IMG/VR virus record: IMGVR_UViG_3300009503_000027
Location: 16,835-80,834 of that record
DNA length: 64,000 bases
Reading direction: 5' to 3' (one strand)
DNA from: a virus
The notes beneath the pieces were generated by a model, which had not been told where the DNA came from, ran no database searches, and saw only the letters and a program-made list of their open reading frames with translations. Positions 19,343 through 28,897 of this stretch are shown here, piece by piece. Every line of letters starts with the position of its first letter. The first letter of the stretch is position 1. Position numbers and translations under genes: made by a program.

Positions 19343-21154
19343 GTGAAGGCCTTGCCTGCACGGCTACGGCGACTACCGGCAGGCCGCTCCGCTACTGTCT
19401 TCCGGCCCGCGCCGCCTCCCGACACCAGTCCTGATGCTATGGCATCAGGAGGTGCTGTTGCTGTCGGCTGCTACCCAGGCCTGGGGGATATGTTAGTGGC
19501 CTTGCCGGTAGCGTACGCTCTAACAGAAGCAGGCCGCACCGCTACTATCCACATTGTTGAGCCGCAGGCAGACCATAGGCTAACACGCCCTACTTTGGCA
19601 GATCTTCCTGCTCTCCCGCTGGTTTGCCACGATTTTGGCGCAAAGAAGGTAACAGATGTCTGCCGCGGATGGCACCTTGATGGTAGTCCTTTAGTAGATG
19701 ACGCCCTGGCCAGTGTAGGTATACACCGTGGCAGCACCCCGCCATATGCTGCCCTCCTAGAACCCCCCGATGCTGCTGCACGAGTACAAGAACTCGTTGG
19801 CAACCGTCCATATGTCCTGGTGGCAATTAGTGGGCATCATCGTAGCAAAGACAAAACATTGACGCCGGAGCAGATACACCGCATCGTTACAGTTTGTGCG
19901 CGGCGGGGCTTGCAGGCAGTGCTTGTGCACTCAGAGCAAGTGGAGGCGTCCTTGGAGGGGCTGCTGAATCTCTCCGACCAGACAACGATAACTGACCTCA
20001 TTGCATTGGCAGCGAAAGCCACAGCCGTTGTGGCGCCCGACTGTGGTGTCCTGCACTTAGCAGGCGCCTATGACCGGCCACTTCTGGGCATCCTAGGCAC
20101 GACTGTCGCACCGCGACGCCTGCCACCATATGTCCCGCATGTATACCTACGGGGTAGGACTGCTGCTGATGTATCACCGGACAACATTGAGCGTGGCCTA
20201 CGGCGGATACTAGATGCCGCCATGCTGATGCCGGTGTGGGCGGTGATACCGGCCTGGCCGTGTGGCGTCGTGGCAACGGCCCAACGGGTGGCCGAGCCAG
20301 TCGGGGGCCGCGTCTGTGACATGGATGAAGTACCGAAGGAGGCCCTTGCCATCGCAGAAGCGCACGATGCTCACCTAGTACGTTGGCAGAAATGGCTAGC
20401 GCGGCCCGGCGCGACGCTGGTATCCGTCCACGCCGGGGGGCCAGAAATCGCCACTGGCTGGCCCGCAGCCGTGCGCGGCGTAGGCCTACAGAAGGCCTGG
20501 GCTACGATGGGTATCAGCGTAGAGATGGTGCCATTGCCTGCCTGGTGGCCCCCCATAGAGCCCCGCGCTATACCACAAGGTCAAGTTATCGGCTGGCATG
20601 GAATGATACACAAGGCCAAACGCCTAGATACGTTGGTGGCAGCTTTCCGGGAAGTGCGTGCCCACATGCCAGGGGCACGGCTACTGCTAGTTGGTTCGCA
20701 GCCGCCCTTCGCAGCAAAGGAAGCAGATGAACTAGCAGCGTCGCTGAGCAAGGAGCCGGGCGTTGACTTAAAATATCGCCGCGCCTGGTCGGAGAAGGAC
20801 ATACGGGCGGCACTGGCCGAGGCAGATGTGCTAGCCTATACAGATGGTGGTGACCGCGAACAATCTGCCGCGGCATCCGATGCAACGGGATTGTCGCGGC
20901 CTATTATTGTGGGAACAGGGCGTCGGTATGCGGATTTAGCCCCGTGGGGGTGGCAAGTACGCCCCGAGTCCAGCGAGATCGCCCGCGCTATCATACGAAT
21001 ACTCGCCGATCCGACGGAATATGCCCGCCTATCAGTGCGTGCCTGGCAGGCGGCTTCCTATCGGCGGCCCGACCTGATAGGTAGACGCCTAGTGGCCCTG
21101 GCACGGCAGGCCTGGCTAGACAGGAGCGGAGATTCCGTCAATGACAGCCGATGA
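19343..21154 (+). CDS. Two-domain glycosyltransferase: GT9-like N-terminus plus GT4-like C-terminus
   Basis: PGLGDMLVALP and VAPDCGVLHLAGA (GT9); VIGWHGMIHKAKRLDTLVAAF...LLLVG...ADVL (GT4-like). Confidence 0.75.
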   Translation: MKALPARLRRLPAGRSATVFRPAPPPDTSPDAMASGGAVAVGCYPGLGDMLVALPVAYALTEAGRTATIHIVEPQADHRLTRPTLADLPALPLVCHDFGAKKVTDVCRGWHLDGSPLVDDALASVGIHRGSTPPYAALLEPPDAAARVQELVGNRPYVLVAISGHHRSKDKTLTPEQIHRIVTVCARRGLQAVLVHSEQVEASLEGLLNLSDQTTITDLIALAAKATAVVAPDCGVLHLAGAYDRPLLGILGTTVAPRRLPPYVPHVYLRGRTAADVSPDNIERGLRRILDAAMLMPVWAVIPAWPCGVVATAQRVAEPVGGRVCDMDEVPKEALAIAEAHDAHLVRWQKWLARPGATLVSVHAGGPEIATGWPAAVRGVGLQKAWATMGISVEMVPLPAWWPPIEPRAIPQGQVIGWHGMIHKAKRLDTLVAAFREVRAHMPGARLLLVGSQPPFAAKEADELAASLSKEPGVDLKYRRAWSEKDIRAALAEADVLAYTDGGDREQSAAASDATGLSRPIIVGTGRRYADLAPWGWQVRPESSEIARAIIRILADPTEYARLSVRAWQAASYRRPDLIGRRLVALARQAWLDRSGDSVNDSR

Positions 21155-21800
21155 ACTACTAAAGCAGCTCTGGCGAGATTGGACACAGGGCATGCCACTG
21201 GTGGCAGCATGGCGATTACCCATTGCCACGGCTCCGGAGGATATGTTGCTGTTGTATGAAGCAGCGGCATCTGCCACCCTCCCAGAGGGGCATATCCTCG
21301 AAGTCGGCACCGGCTTGGCCGTCAGTACACTTGCCCTTGCGCGAGGCAATGCCGCACGCAGGCGCGGGGAGATGGTACTGACGTTGGACACCCTTGTTGA
21401 GGCCCGCAAAACTGCCCTAGCCGGAGCAGCCTGCGCACTTTTAGCTATTCACGCGACTGGACGATACGGCATTGTATACATGCAAGGTGATACGGCGCAT
21501 CTGCGCTGGTTAATTGGAGAGCGTAACCGGCGCTTCCGGATAGCATTCATAGATGGCGACCATACATACGATGGCCTGGCTAATGACCTGGCTATTGTTG
21601 CCCCATTGATGACCAGTGGCGGCGTGATATTCGTGCATGACACTGGTGAGTGGGAAAGGTGGGCAGATAAGGAACCAGGATGCTGCCGCTTGTGGAGATC
21701 CCTGAGGGAGGCAGGAATGTATGCTGCCCCCGATGGTCGCATTTGGAAGCCCATTGACGTTTCAGCAGCAATGGGCCGGATGGACCTGATGTCGGAATAG
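21141..21800 (+). CDS. Class I SAM-dependent methyltransferase (Methyltransf_24-like)
   Basis: ILEVGTG, FIDGDHTY and GGVIFVHD motifs. Confidence 0.85.
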   Translation: MTADELLKQLWRDWTQGMPLVAAWRLPIATAPEDMLLLYEAAASATLPEGHILEVGTGLAVSTLALARGNAARRRGEMVLTLDTLVEARKTALAGAACALLAIHATGRYGIVYMQGDTAHLRWLIGERNRRFRIAFIDGDHTYDGLANDLAIVAPLMTSGGVIFVHDTGEWERWADKEPGCCRLWRSLREAGMYAAPDGRIWKPIDVSAAMGRMDLMSE

Positions 21801-21871
21801 AGGATTATCTGCCCCCCGCAATGGGTGTAATATCAACAGAGCATCATACCACTCCTTGGGAGGAATAGAAG

Positions 21872-22921
21872 ATGCTTCACTTAATAATTGACGCCAACAA
21901 CTGCCTCGGGCGCCACCTGATACCCAACTTATTGGGCTATGGCGAGCACATCATTATCTGGGACAGCCGCATAACACAGCAAGCACAGGAAAGCCTGCGC
22001 ATTCTCCCTGGTATCAGGGGCATATATACTGCCCCCATAATTCCCTGCGCTGCAACTGGAGCTACATGGCGAGAGCATGGGGAGGATCTGCCACCATTCG
22101 CAGGGGTAGATGTGCTATGGTATCTTGCCGCCAGCACTAGCTCCATACCACAGCCAGAAGGCCCGTCTGAAGCCGCGGATCCCGCCATGCAGGGGACATC
22201 CCAGTTCGCCCTCACAGCATTGCAAACTGTGTGGCAGATTGTAGAAATCGCCCTCAACAACAATATCCCTAGGATAATCTTCTTCTCGTCAGATGCCGTC
22301 TATGGTTCTGCCACCTGCGCAACAGAAGAAGATCGGTTGCGGCCTATGTCGGTATATGGCGCAGTTGCAGCAGGCAGCGAAATGATACTCCACGCGGCAG
22401 CTAGCTACGGCCTCGATGTCACCATATTGCGGCTTGGCAATGTTATAGGCCTGCCACTGCGATACAAAGGAGAAACGGAACTCCTTGCCCCCGGCATCCT
22501 TGGGAGCATCATAGAACAGATACGCCAACATCCTGACCATATTACAATCCGCAACGATGGTACTCCTCTGAAAAACTACATACATGTGACTGAGGTAGTG
22601 GAGGCAGTAATGTATGCCCGCCACGGAGCAAGGTTCAACAATCCTGAGATCTACAACGTTGGCCGGCCCGATACTGTCAACATCCGGGAAGTGGTGGGGC
22701 TTTTCCAGGACATAACAGGCTTGACACCATACGTGCAGTACGGTAGCCAGCCGTACGATTGGCCGGGCGAACCTTACGAGATAGGATTGGATAACGCTAA
22801 GCTGCTCAGTCTTGGCTGGAAGCCACGCTTCAAGAGCAGTACCGGGGCAGTACGCTATGCGATCCAGGAGTGGTGGCGCATTGAAGGCCGTGATCTTATG
22901 CAGCGCGCAAGCAACACATAG
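21872..22921 (+). CDS. NAD-dependent epimerase/dehydratase-like protein (extended SDR, degenerate motifs)
   Basis: FFSSDAVYG, LRPMSVYG, ILRLGNVIG, YIHVTE, IYNVG and LGWKPR; the GxxGxxG and YxxxK motifs are altered. Confidence 0.75.
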   Translation: MLHLIIDANNCLGRHLIPNLLGYGEHIIIWDSRITQQAQESLRILPGIRGIYTAPIIPCAATGATWREHGEDLPPFAGVDVLWYLAASTSSIPQPEGPSEAADPAMQGTSQFALTALQTVWQIVEIALNNNIPRIIFFSSDAVYGSATCATEEDRLRPMSVYGAVAAGSEMILHAAASYGLDVTILRLGNVIGLPLRYKGETELLAPGILGSIIEQIRQHPDHITIRNDGTPLKNYIHVTEVVEAVMYARHGARFNNPEIYNVGRPDTVNIREVVGLFQDITGLTPYVQYGSQPYDWPGEPYEIGLDNAKLLSLGWKPRFKSSTGAVRYAIQEWWRIEGRDLMQRASNT

Positions 22922-23504
22922 GCTGCTAGCAGAGGTAGCAGGAGTGCCCCTCATAGATTGGCTGTTGGCCTCCTTGCCGCTGGATAGGAGCAAGCCATGG
23001 GGTTGCGAGGCTATTGTGCTTATAGCTGGAAGTGAGTGCACAGAGGTACAGAAATATATTGCCGCCCACCACGATAGAACGCCCTTTAAGGAAGTGCCCA
23101 TCAAGGTGCAATACTCAGCAGGCACGAAAGCGGAACAGCTATTGTCGGTACGTGAGGAAGTACTGGGCACAACGGCACTAATCAATAGCGACGTACTGGC
23201 CGAGTTTTCGTGGCATGATTTGTGGCAATTCCATACCAGGAACAAGAATATAATTACCAGTGTCACTTGCCGCCACACAGACACAGGCATATACCTGCTA
23301 GAGCCGCACTTCCTGGAATATCTTGCCAGGGGCAACAACGATTTCGACCTCGCGGCTTCGCGACTTTGCATTGCATTCCACAAGTGTGACCAATACATTG
23401 ACCTGAGTGACCCCGATGGACTTTCTATGCTTGGGCAATATATCGCAGAAGCTATCCATATAGGAGGTCAACAGGGCAGCGAGGAGCCATGTATACCAAG
23501 GTGA
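22881..23504 (+). CDS. Sugar-phosphate nucleotidyltransferase-like protein (degenerate)
   Basis: KAVIL...VAGVPLIDWLL, LINSDVL, TGIYLL and YIDL patterns; TTG start 22881 with AGGAG RBS; lacks GGxGTR. Confidence 0.65.
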   Translation: MKAVILCSAQATHRLLAEVAGVPLIDWLLASLPLDRSKPWGCEAIVLIAGSECTEVQKYIAAHHDRTPFKEVPIKVQYSAGTKAEQLLSVREEVLGTTALINSDVLAEFSWHDLWQFHTRNKNIITSVTCRHTDTGIYLLEPHFLEYLARGNNDFDLAASRLCIAFHKCDQYIDLSDPDGLSMLGQYIAEAIHIGGQQGSEEPCIPR

Positions 23505-24442
23505 AGCTACGCTACAAGGGGCAGGTTAAAGAAGTCTTCTGCGAAGTACAGAAGACGTGGCGGGATACTGTTTTGGCCTTACCATCGGATTATGTTGCCG
23601 CCCGCACGGTAGCTATCAAGCGCGACGGCGGCCTAGGCGATATTGTTATGCTAACGGCGGCAATCCATCGCCTAGTGGAACTATATCCCCACTTGGCCGT
23701 GGATGTCTACACGAGCGAAGCGTTTATACCGCTCTTGAAGACAGACCCATACATCATGGACGTCCGGCCCATGAACGAACTGAACAAGTGGGCCTACGAT
23801 ATAGTCCTGAATTGCGTCGGCTTAGTAGAGCGTTCGCGGCACGATACTACTATAGACAGGGTCACGCTTTTCTCGATGAAGATCTGTGGAGAACCGCCTT
23901 CAGAGGGCCCGCTTGTGTTCTTGCCGCCGTACGAAACCGTTGCGGAGGCAGTTCAGCCATTGTTAGAGATGCAAGAATATCGCGTAGGGATTGCCCCCTG
24001 GGCGGCACGCGTGCACAATGACTGGCCCCATACACAGGCACTAGTAGATACTCTGCGCGCCAATGGGATAACTCCATACCTGATACACAACAATGCACAA
24101 AGGATGGCCACAATCGAAGGCGCCATACCGGTGACGCTAGATCTCATCTCTCTTGCCCATTTTCTTGGGCATCTTAACGTATTGGTGGCAGTAGACTCCG
24201 GCGTCCTGCATCTCGCAGCGGCCAATGGCTACAAGCAGCCCTACATCATAGGCCTCTTCGGCATGGTACACCCACGTCTCCGTATCCGCTGGTACCACAA
24301 CATAGTAGGCTTGGCAGATGAAAGTCTACAATGCTTCCCATGTAACATGGCACCACAATGTAGTCTGCCGTCGCCATGTATGGTGAATTTGCGGCCCCAG
24401 CAGATCGCTCCAATGATCCTACAAAGGCGTGCAAGATATTAA
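23489..24442 (+). CDS. Glycosyltransferase family 9 (heptosyltransferase-like)
   Basis: KRDGGLGDIVM, VAVDSGVLHLAAA, IIGLFG and C-terminal CFPC...C...C. Confidence 0.85.
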   Translation: MYTKVKLRYKGQVKEVFCEVQKTWRDTVLALPSDYVAARTVAIKRDGGLGDIVMLTAAIHRLVELYPHLAVDVYTSEAFIPLLKTDPYIMDVRPMNELNKWAYDIVLNCVGLVERSRHDTTIDRVTLFSMKICGEPPSEGPLVFLPPYETVAEAVQPLLEMQEYRVGIAPWAARVHNDWPHTQALVDTLRANGITPYLIHNNAQRMATIEGAIPVTLDLISLAHFLGHLNVLVAVDSGVLHLAAANGYKQPYIIGLFGMVHPRLRIRWYHNIVGLADESLQCFPCNMAPQCSLPSPCMVNLRPQQIAPMILQRRARY

Positions 24443-24516
24443 GGGGAGCTTCTATGGCCGGCTGACCACGACCGAGCTGTACCTGAACCTGTCGCCCGAA
24501 GACGCCATCCGCGAGT

Positions 24517-24732
24517 TCATGGAGATTGGCCTTTGATAAGGCGTTCATATTCTGGATATTTTTCGGGCCAGGCAGGCAAAACTGCCTCCTCAAAGTAGGA
24601 GCACCGCTTTCCGGTAAAAATGTAGCAAGGATGCCCCCAAACGCAGCTCCTGCCAACCCAATTGGCACACTCCTCGCGCACTAGCTGCCCTATTTTCATA
24701 GTTCTTGGGAAGGATTTCCTTATTTTAGCCAT
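24517..24732 (-). CDS. Small Cys-rich hypothetical protein
   Basis: ECAN...C...C...RCSYFEEAVLP; last gene of the minus-strand block. Confidence 0.55.
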   Translation of the reverse strand: MAKIRKSFPRTMKIGQLVREECANWVGRSCVWGHPCYIFTGKRCSYFEEAVLPAWPEKYPEYERLIKGQSP

Positions 24733-25391
24733 TCTTGCCACCCTCCCCAGGGGCGTCCTATTACCTTGCGGCCAGCCGCATGGGCAATCAATGCCCATAG
24801 CGTTGGCCCCCAAGTACTTTGTAGCTCAATGTACATCTTCCCGCTACAGATATGGCTGATGATATCTTCGAAAGCCACAGGCCGGACTATACTCGCTTGG
24901 GGGCAAATCCGTACCATCTTGATATGGGGCGTTTCTCCAAGCTGGTCAGTAAGTTCAACTAGGAGGACATTATTGCCCCCATAAGTGGAAGGTTGCCTAC
25001 AGATTTCCTGTTCAAGCCGGAAGTCAACAGGGCGATTGGGTTCCACTACCATGACAAGGTCGTATTCCGGTGTCGGGGCCGATATGTTGTCCAGTTTAGG
25101 GAAGCCCACGCGCACACTTTCCCAAAGGGAGCCTAGGCCGCCTCCCGTCTTGCCTAGCAGCCAGCCCATCTCGGAATATGTACAAAAGCGTAGGATAGCA
25201 CCGCTCTCCACAGCCCGTAAGAGACTCTCCCAGTCGGGGACAAGGTCCTGATGAGGCCGCCCAATGAAGGGCACCTCCCAGGCATAGATAGCGGGCCATA
25301 TGATATCGTATTCCTCTGGGCATTCAGGAGGTTGCCAAGCACCTTCTATGCCTAGATATGTTGCAACCAACATCCCGAATGGTGTGCTCAC
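24720..25391 (-). CDS. Hypothetical protein, possibly a divergent GT-B glycosyltransferase
   Basis: C-terminal STWGPTLWALIAHAAGRKVIGRPWGGWQE resembles the GT4 nucleotide-binding motif. Confidence 0.4.
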   Translation of the reverse strand: MSTPFGMLVATYLGIEGAWQPPECPEEYDIIWPAIYAWEVPFIGRPHQDLVPDWESLLRAVESGAILRFCTYSEMGWLLGKTGGGLGSLWESVRVGFPKLDNISAPTPEYDLVMVVEPNRPVDFRLEQEICRQPSTYGGNNVLLVELTDQLGETPHIKMVRICPQASIVRPVAFEDIISHICSGKMYIELQSTWGPTLWALIAHAAGRKVIGRPWGGWQEWLK

Positions 25392-25400
25392 AGTCCGCTC

Positions 25401-25790
25401 CTATAGGTGACGGCTCATGAGTGCCACCAAGCCCCAGCCAGTACAGAAGGCCGTCAGCAACTCAACTATCTCAAATGAGGCCTTCCAGTATGCGGCGCGC
25501 CAAGCATCAGCGGCCATTGTCTTGTCTTTTGCCACATCAGGCCGGTAACTGACTAGCGTAGCCCAGAATACTCCTTCCACCCAGAGGGCAGCTCCCGCCA
25601 TCAGCACAATGTCAGGCCAATATAGACCTAGATGCCACACGCCAATGACAAGCCCGTATAATGCCAATACCATGACAGCACCGGGCGTGCACAGCCAGAC
25701 TATCCCTACCACCAACAGCATGACGCGCGCCAGCACCGTAGCAAGCAGGGTGAAAACAAGGGTTATGGCTTGCCCACAGCAGCGTATCAT
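25401..25790 (-). CDS. Membrane protein
   Basis: Several hydrophobic segments. Confidence 0.6.
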   Translation of the reverse strand: MIRCCGQAITLVFTLLATVLARVMLLVVGIVWLCTPGAVMVLALYGLVIGVWHLGLYWPDIVLMAGAALWVEGVFWATLVSYRPDVAKDKTMAADAWRAAYWKASFEIVELLTAFCTGWGLVALMSRHL

Positions 25791-26023
25791 TTGCTATCAC
25801 TCTCCGTTGGTTCTTGTTGCCAGTCAACGGTGGCCAATGACTTTTGCCACCGCCGGGCCGCGTCTACATAACCCGCCAGGAGACCTACTGCTATCAGGAC
25901 CCTCGGATCTTCAAGGCCCTTCAACGCCCGTGCAAGCAGGTAGCTCTGTTCCTGGAAGTACCTTGTGGCGGCAGGATCTTCCAGCAACAAGATCATCTGG
26001 GCTATGAGTTCTTGTGTATCCAT
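25787..26023 (-). CDS. Hypothetical protein
   Basis: Overlap-coupled ORF with RBS. Confidence 0.55.
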   Translation of the reverse strand: MDTQELIAQMILLLEDPAATRYFQEQSYLLARALKGLEDPRVLIAVGLLAGYVDAARRWQKSLATVDWQQEPTESDSK

Positions 26024-26745
26024 GAGGTCCTCTGTGGTCGGCGGGGCCGCTCGAATTCCACTTCGGGGAGGCCTAAGGCGCGGCGGCGCCGGTTAACCGT
26101 ATGTTCATATTTTTTGTCTAGGGATGCCCACCAAAGATCAAAGCCCAGCTCGTATCCCTCAGGCCATGAAAGATAAAGCTGGTTGGCCGCATTAGCCCAG
26201 GCCCTGACCATCTGGGCAGCAGCAAAGGCCATAACAATAGCATATGCCCGTCCAGCTTTCTGGAACAGATCATCTGCCTCAGCGGGCCATAGACAGCGCA
26301 CAACATCTTCCACCCGTGCTTGGGTGCGGTCCCGATACAGGGCATAGTAGTCACCGGCCGTTTCGGCAGGTGGTGATACTTGCCACAACCAGCTCCGCAG
26401 ACGCTCCCGTATAATATGCACGTAAGGTATCGCCAGGGTGTCATATGCTACTGCGATCTGCCCGACGACCGCATTACGGACAAAGTACCAGCGGTCACAT
26501 CCTGGTAATAAGGTGACAATTGCCCCCAGCCCGGTTTGGTATTTGTCTATAATGGACGTAAAGAATTCCAAGAGGGCAGTAACTACCTTATCTGCCCGGC
26601 GATACTCTATCTGCACGTTACATACCTCCACGCCACCAGGCGTCAGGGCTACTGCCACCGCATAGTCATGGGCTGGCCAGCAGCCCAAGAAGCTCTGGGG
26701 CACTTCCTTAGGCAACTGAATTGTCACGAAATTAGGTGCATTCAT
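26002..26745 (-). CDS. Hypothetical protein
   Basis: Coupled to the gmhB-like stop; likely start ATG 26745. Confidence 0.55.
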   Translation of the reverse strand: MNAPNFVTIQLPKEVPQSFLGCWPAHDYAVAVALTPGGVEVCNVQIEYRRADKVVTALLEFFTSIIDKYQTGLGAIVTLLPGCDRWYFVRNAVVGQIAVAYDTLAIPYVHIIRERLRSWLWQVSPPAETAGDYYALYRDRTQARVEDVVRCLWPAEADDLFQKAGRAYAIVMAFAAAQMVRAWANAANQLYLSWPEGYELGFDLWWASLDKKYEHTVNRRRRALGLPEVEFERPRRPQRTSWIHKNS

Positions 26746-27307
26746 TGATAATTCTCTCCGTGATTGCTTCCCAGTTGCCGTAAGGCCAGCCCACATAGAG
26801 AGATGCCCGCACACCTGCCTGCAACCCCGCCAGTATATCAGAAGGAGTATCGCCTAGCATATAGGAATGGCGGATGTCGACTTCATTTGCCTGGGAGAGG
26901 ATAAGCCCTGGGGCGGGCTTCCTACATGGGCAGCCTGCTGCCGCCCCGTGGGGGCAGACTAAGAACTTCATGCGCACCTGGCCACGCTGAGTGATGAGCT
27001 GCTGGATATAGCTAAAATCTGCCCCCATGGGCAAGTAGGCGAACTCCATATCGCAATTCCCTAGGATGGATTCTGCCACCGCCAGATTGACATCCAAAAC
27101 ACCTGCAAGCGCAGAAGCATCCCGCGCTACTATTGGCTGGTTGGTGACGCAGATGAGCCGCAAGCCAGCCTGGTCAAGCTGCCGGAGAGCATTGACAGCA
27201 TTGAGCCAGATACGTATCTGGGAAGGGTCAAGGTAGTACTGCCCCCGCGGTAGCGGCTCCAGCACTGGCCCATCTCGGTCGAAAAATACTGCCCTACTCA
27301 AGAGCAT
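26732..27307 (-). CDS. gmhB: D,D-heptose 1,7-bisphosphate phosphatase-like HAD IIIA hydrolase
   Basis: FFDRDG, VTNQP, CPH...CPCRKPAPG and MLGDTPSDILAG motifs all intact. Confidence 0.8.
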   Translation of the reverse strand: MLLSRAVFFDRDGPVLEPLPRGQYYLDPSQIRIWLNAVNALRQLDQAGLRLICVTNQPIVARDASALAGVLDVNLAVAESILGNCDMEFAYLPMGADFSYIQQLITQRGQVRMKFLVCPHGAAAGCPCRKPAPGLILSQANEVDIRHSYMLGDTPSDILAGLQAGVRASLYVGWPYGNWEAITERIINECT

Positions 27308-27704
27308 GGACAGACACCTCTACACCTGCCGGTGCCTCGTAGACCTTTGATACATGTAGCACCGCTATCTGAGAATCATCACGATAGGCGATACCCGTCA
27401 GGGCATCTTCAACGGGCTTGGCAAGGTTACCTGCATCCGGGCGCCGGATATGCCACTTGCCGGGGCGCATCTTCTTAGGCCGGGGCATATGGAACCGGAG
27501 TTCGAGATGTACTGCCCCCGTCGGGAAGGCAGGGTGCGGCTTAGGTACCATTGCCTCGGCCACCATCCGTATGACTGTCTGCCAAGCACAAACATCCTCC
27601 GCACGCACGTGGAACACCCTACCATGCGCGATGACGCGCTTCCGGCGCTCAGGCTTCGGCTGGCCCGGCACAAAAAAACTCATCTGCGCAGTCCGGACAC
27701 ACAT
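27294..27704 (-). CDS. rusA: RusA Holliday junction resolvase
   Basis: VPGQPKP, RPDAGNLAKPVEDALTGIAYRDDSQI. Confidence 0.9.
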   Translation of the reverse strand: MCVRTAQMSFFVPGQPKPERRKRVIAHGRVFHVRAEDVCAWQTVIRMVAEAMVPKPHPAFPTGAVHLELRFHMPRPKKMRPGKWHIRRPDAGNLAKPVEDALTGIAYRDDSQIAVLHVSKVYEAPAGVEVSVHALE

Positions 27705-27864
27705 CCTTGACTATATCCCCATCACGCTCATATGTCCAGCCCATCGCCTCCATTTGCCACTCCGCATCATTGAACGAGTGGCAATCCTCTATATACTCCT
27801 CGCGTCCACAATAGTCGCACTTGGCAAGGTACAATCCATGCTCAAGTTGCTCAATCACGGCCAT
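27649..27864 (-). CDS. Small zinc-finger protein (paralog A)
   Basis: CDYC...MGWTYE...VCPDC. Confidence 0.65.
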   Translation of the reverse strand: MAVIEQLEHGLYLAKCDYCGREEYIEDCHSFNDAEWQMEAMGWTYERDGDIVKDVCPDCADEFFCAGPAEA

Positions 27865-28068
27865 CTACTCTCCTCTCAAAACATAGTGCCTAATCTCACA
27901 TTCCGGGCATACAAGAATGCTCAAATCGTCGTCCTGTTCGTAGGTCCAGCCCATCTTGCTGGCCTCCCAGAAGGCATCATACCAGGAACCACAGCCGTCT
28001 ATGTACCTGCGCCGGCCGCAGATGTCACAAGTGACGCAATATACTCCCCGGTCAATCTCCTCCAGCAC
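27865..28068 (-). CDS. Small zinc-finger protein (paralog B)
   Basis: CDIC...MGWTYE...VCPEC; GTG start 28068 with GAGGAGG RBS. Confidence 0.65.
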   Translation of the reverse strand: MLEEIDRGVYCVTCDICGRRRYIDGCGSWYDAFWEASKMGWTYEQDDDLSILVCPECEIRHYVLRGE

Positions 28069-28897
28069 CGGACTGTTCCTCCTCGCTGGGCTTGGCACCC
28101 TTTTTGTGTTGCCACTTAGTCCATGCCTCAGCGATCTTGGCAAGCAGGTCATCTTCGCTAAGCTTAGACCATTCCTCAAAGTGGCGCGGATTCTGCAAGT
28201 ACTTGGTCGTAGCAGCAGCGAACTCGGCATTCCCTACAGTCATTGCGATTTGGTTGACACGGGCAATGAACTCATTAGCAACGAGAGTTTTCTCTGCTTT
28301 TGCCGCCCCTGGGGTCTTGCCGGGGCTGGTTTCCGCTTGCGCTTCGCGCCGCCGCGCCTCCATTATCTCTTCATATGTGGTTCCCGCCAGGACCTCTACG
28401 CCCAAGGCACGCAGGGCACGCCCTAATGCTGACGTGGCGGCATTCTCGATACAATGATGTACATCGGCGCCATATTCGCGCCGGAGCTGCCCAGGGTGCT
28501 CAGCTTCTGCGATGTCGCGCGGAGTGAGCACCACGCCGGTGGCAATACCCTCTGCCTCACCTACAAGGTCACTGCTAACGGTGACCTTGACGGTGATAAA
28601 GCGCTTGTCAAGGATTTCATTGCCCGTGGGTATGATCTCCGTCCGGACGGAATAGCGGACCGGGCGCTTGAGGGCTTCGGCGGCACGGCCGTGGGCATCA
28701 GCAAACATCCGCAGAAGGCCGCTGACCTTCATATACGGGACAGACGCTCCCCGGTCACTAATTGAGACGGCGAACTCACTGTAGTCCTTGACACGGACGC
28801 GCACGGGGCCAATGTAGATTTCCCGGTCTGCCCCCGCCTGGGGGGTAAAATCGTCAATATTTTCCGTCCACAGCTTATTCTGCTCCAAAGAAGTCAT
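28052..28897 (-). CDS. Single-strand annealing protein (Rad52/Sak-like)
   Basis: IENAATSALGRALRALG motif; next to SSB. Confidence 0.6.
   Translation of the reverse strand: MTSLEQNKLWTENIDDFTPQAGADREIYIGPVRVRVKDYSEFAVSISDRGASVPYMKVSGLLRMFADAHGRAAEALKRPVRYSVRTEIIPTGNEILDKRFITVKVTVSSDLVGEAEGIATGVVLTPRDIAEAEHPGQLRREYGADVHHCIENAATSALGRALRALGVEVLAGTTYEEIMEARRREAQAETSPGKTPGAAKAEKTLVANEFIARVNQIAMTVGNAEFAAATTKYLQNPRHFEEWSKLSEDDLLAKIAEAWTKWQHKKGAKPSEEEQSGAGGD

Noticed and set aside
19343-24442. Host LPS locus flanking a prophage
   Set aside because: The genes continue the virion operon, are flanked by phage genes on both sides, and are highly diverged.
26002-26745. RuvC-like resolvase
   Set aside because: Only a vague secondary-structure resemblance; the catalytic acidic residues are not recognisable.
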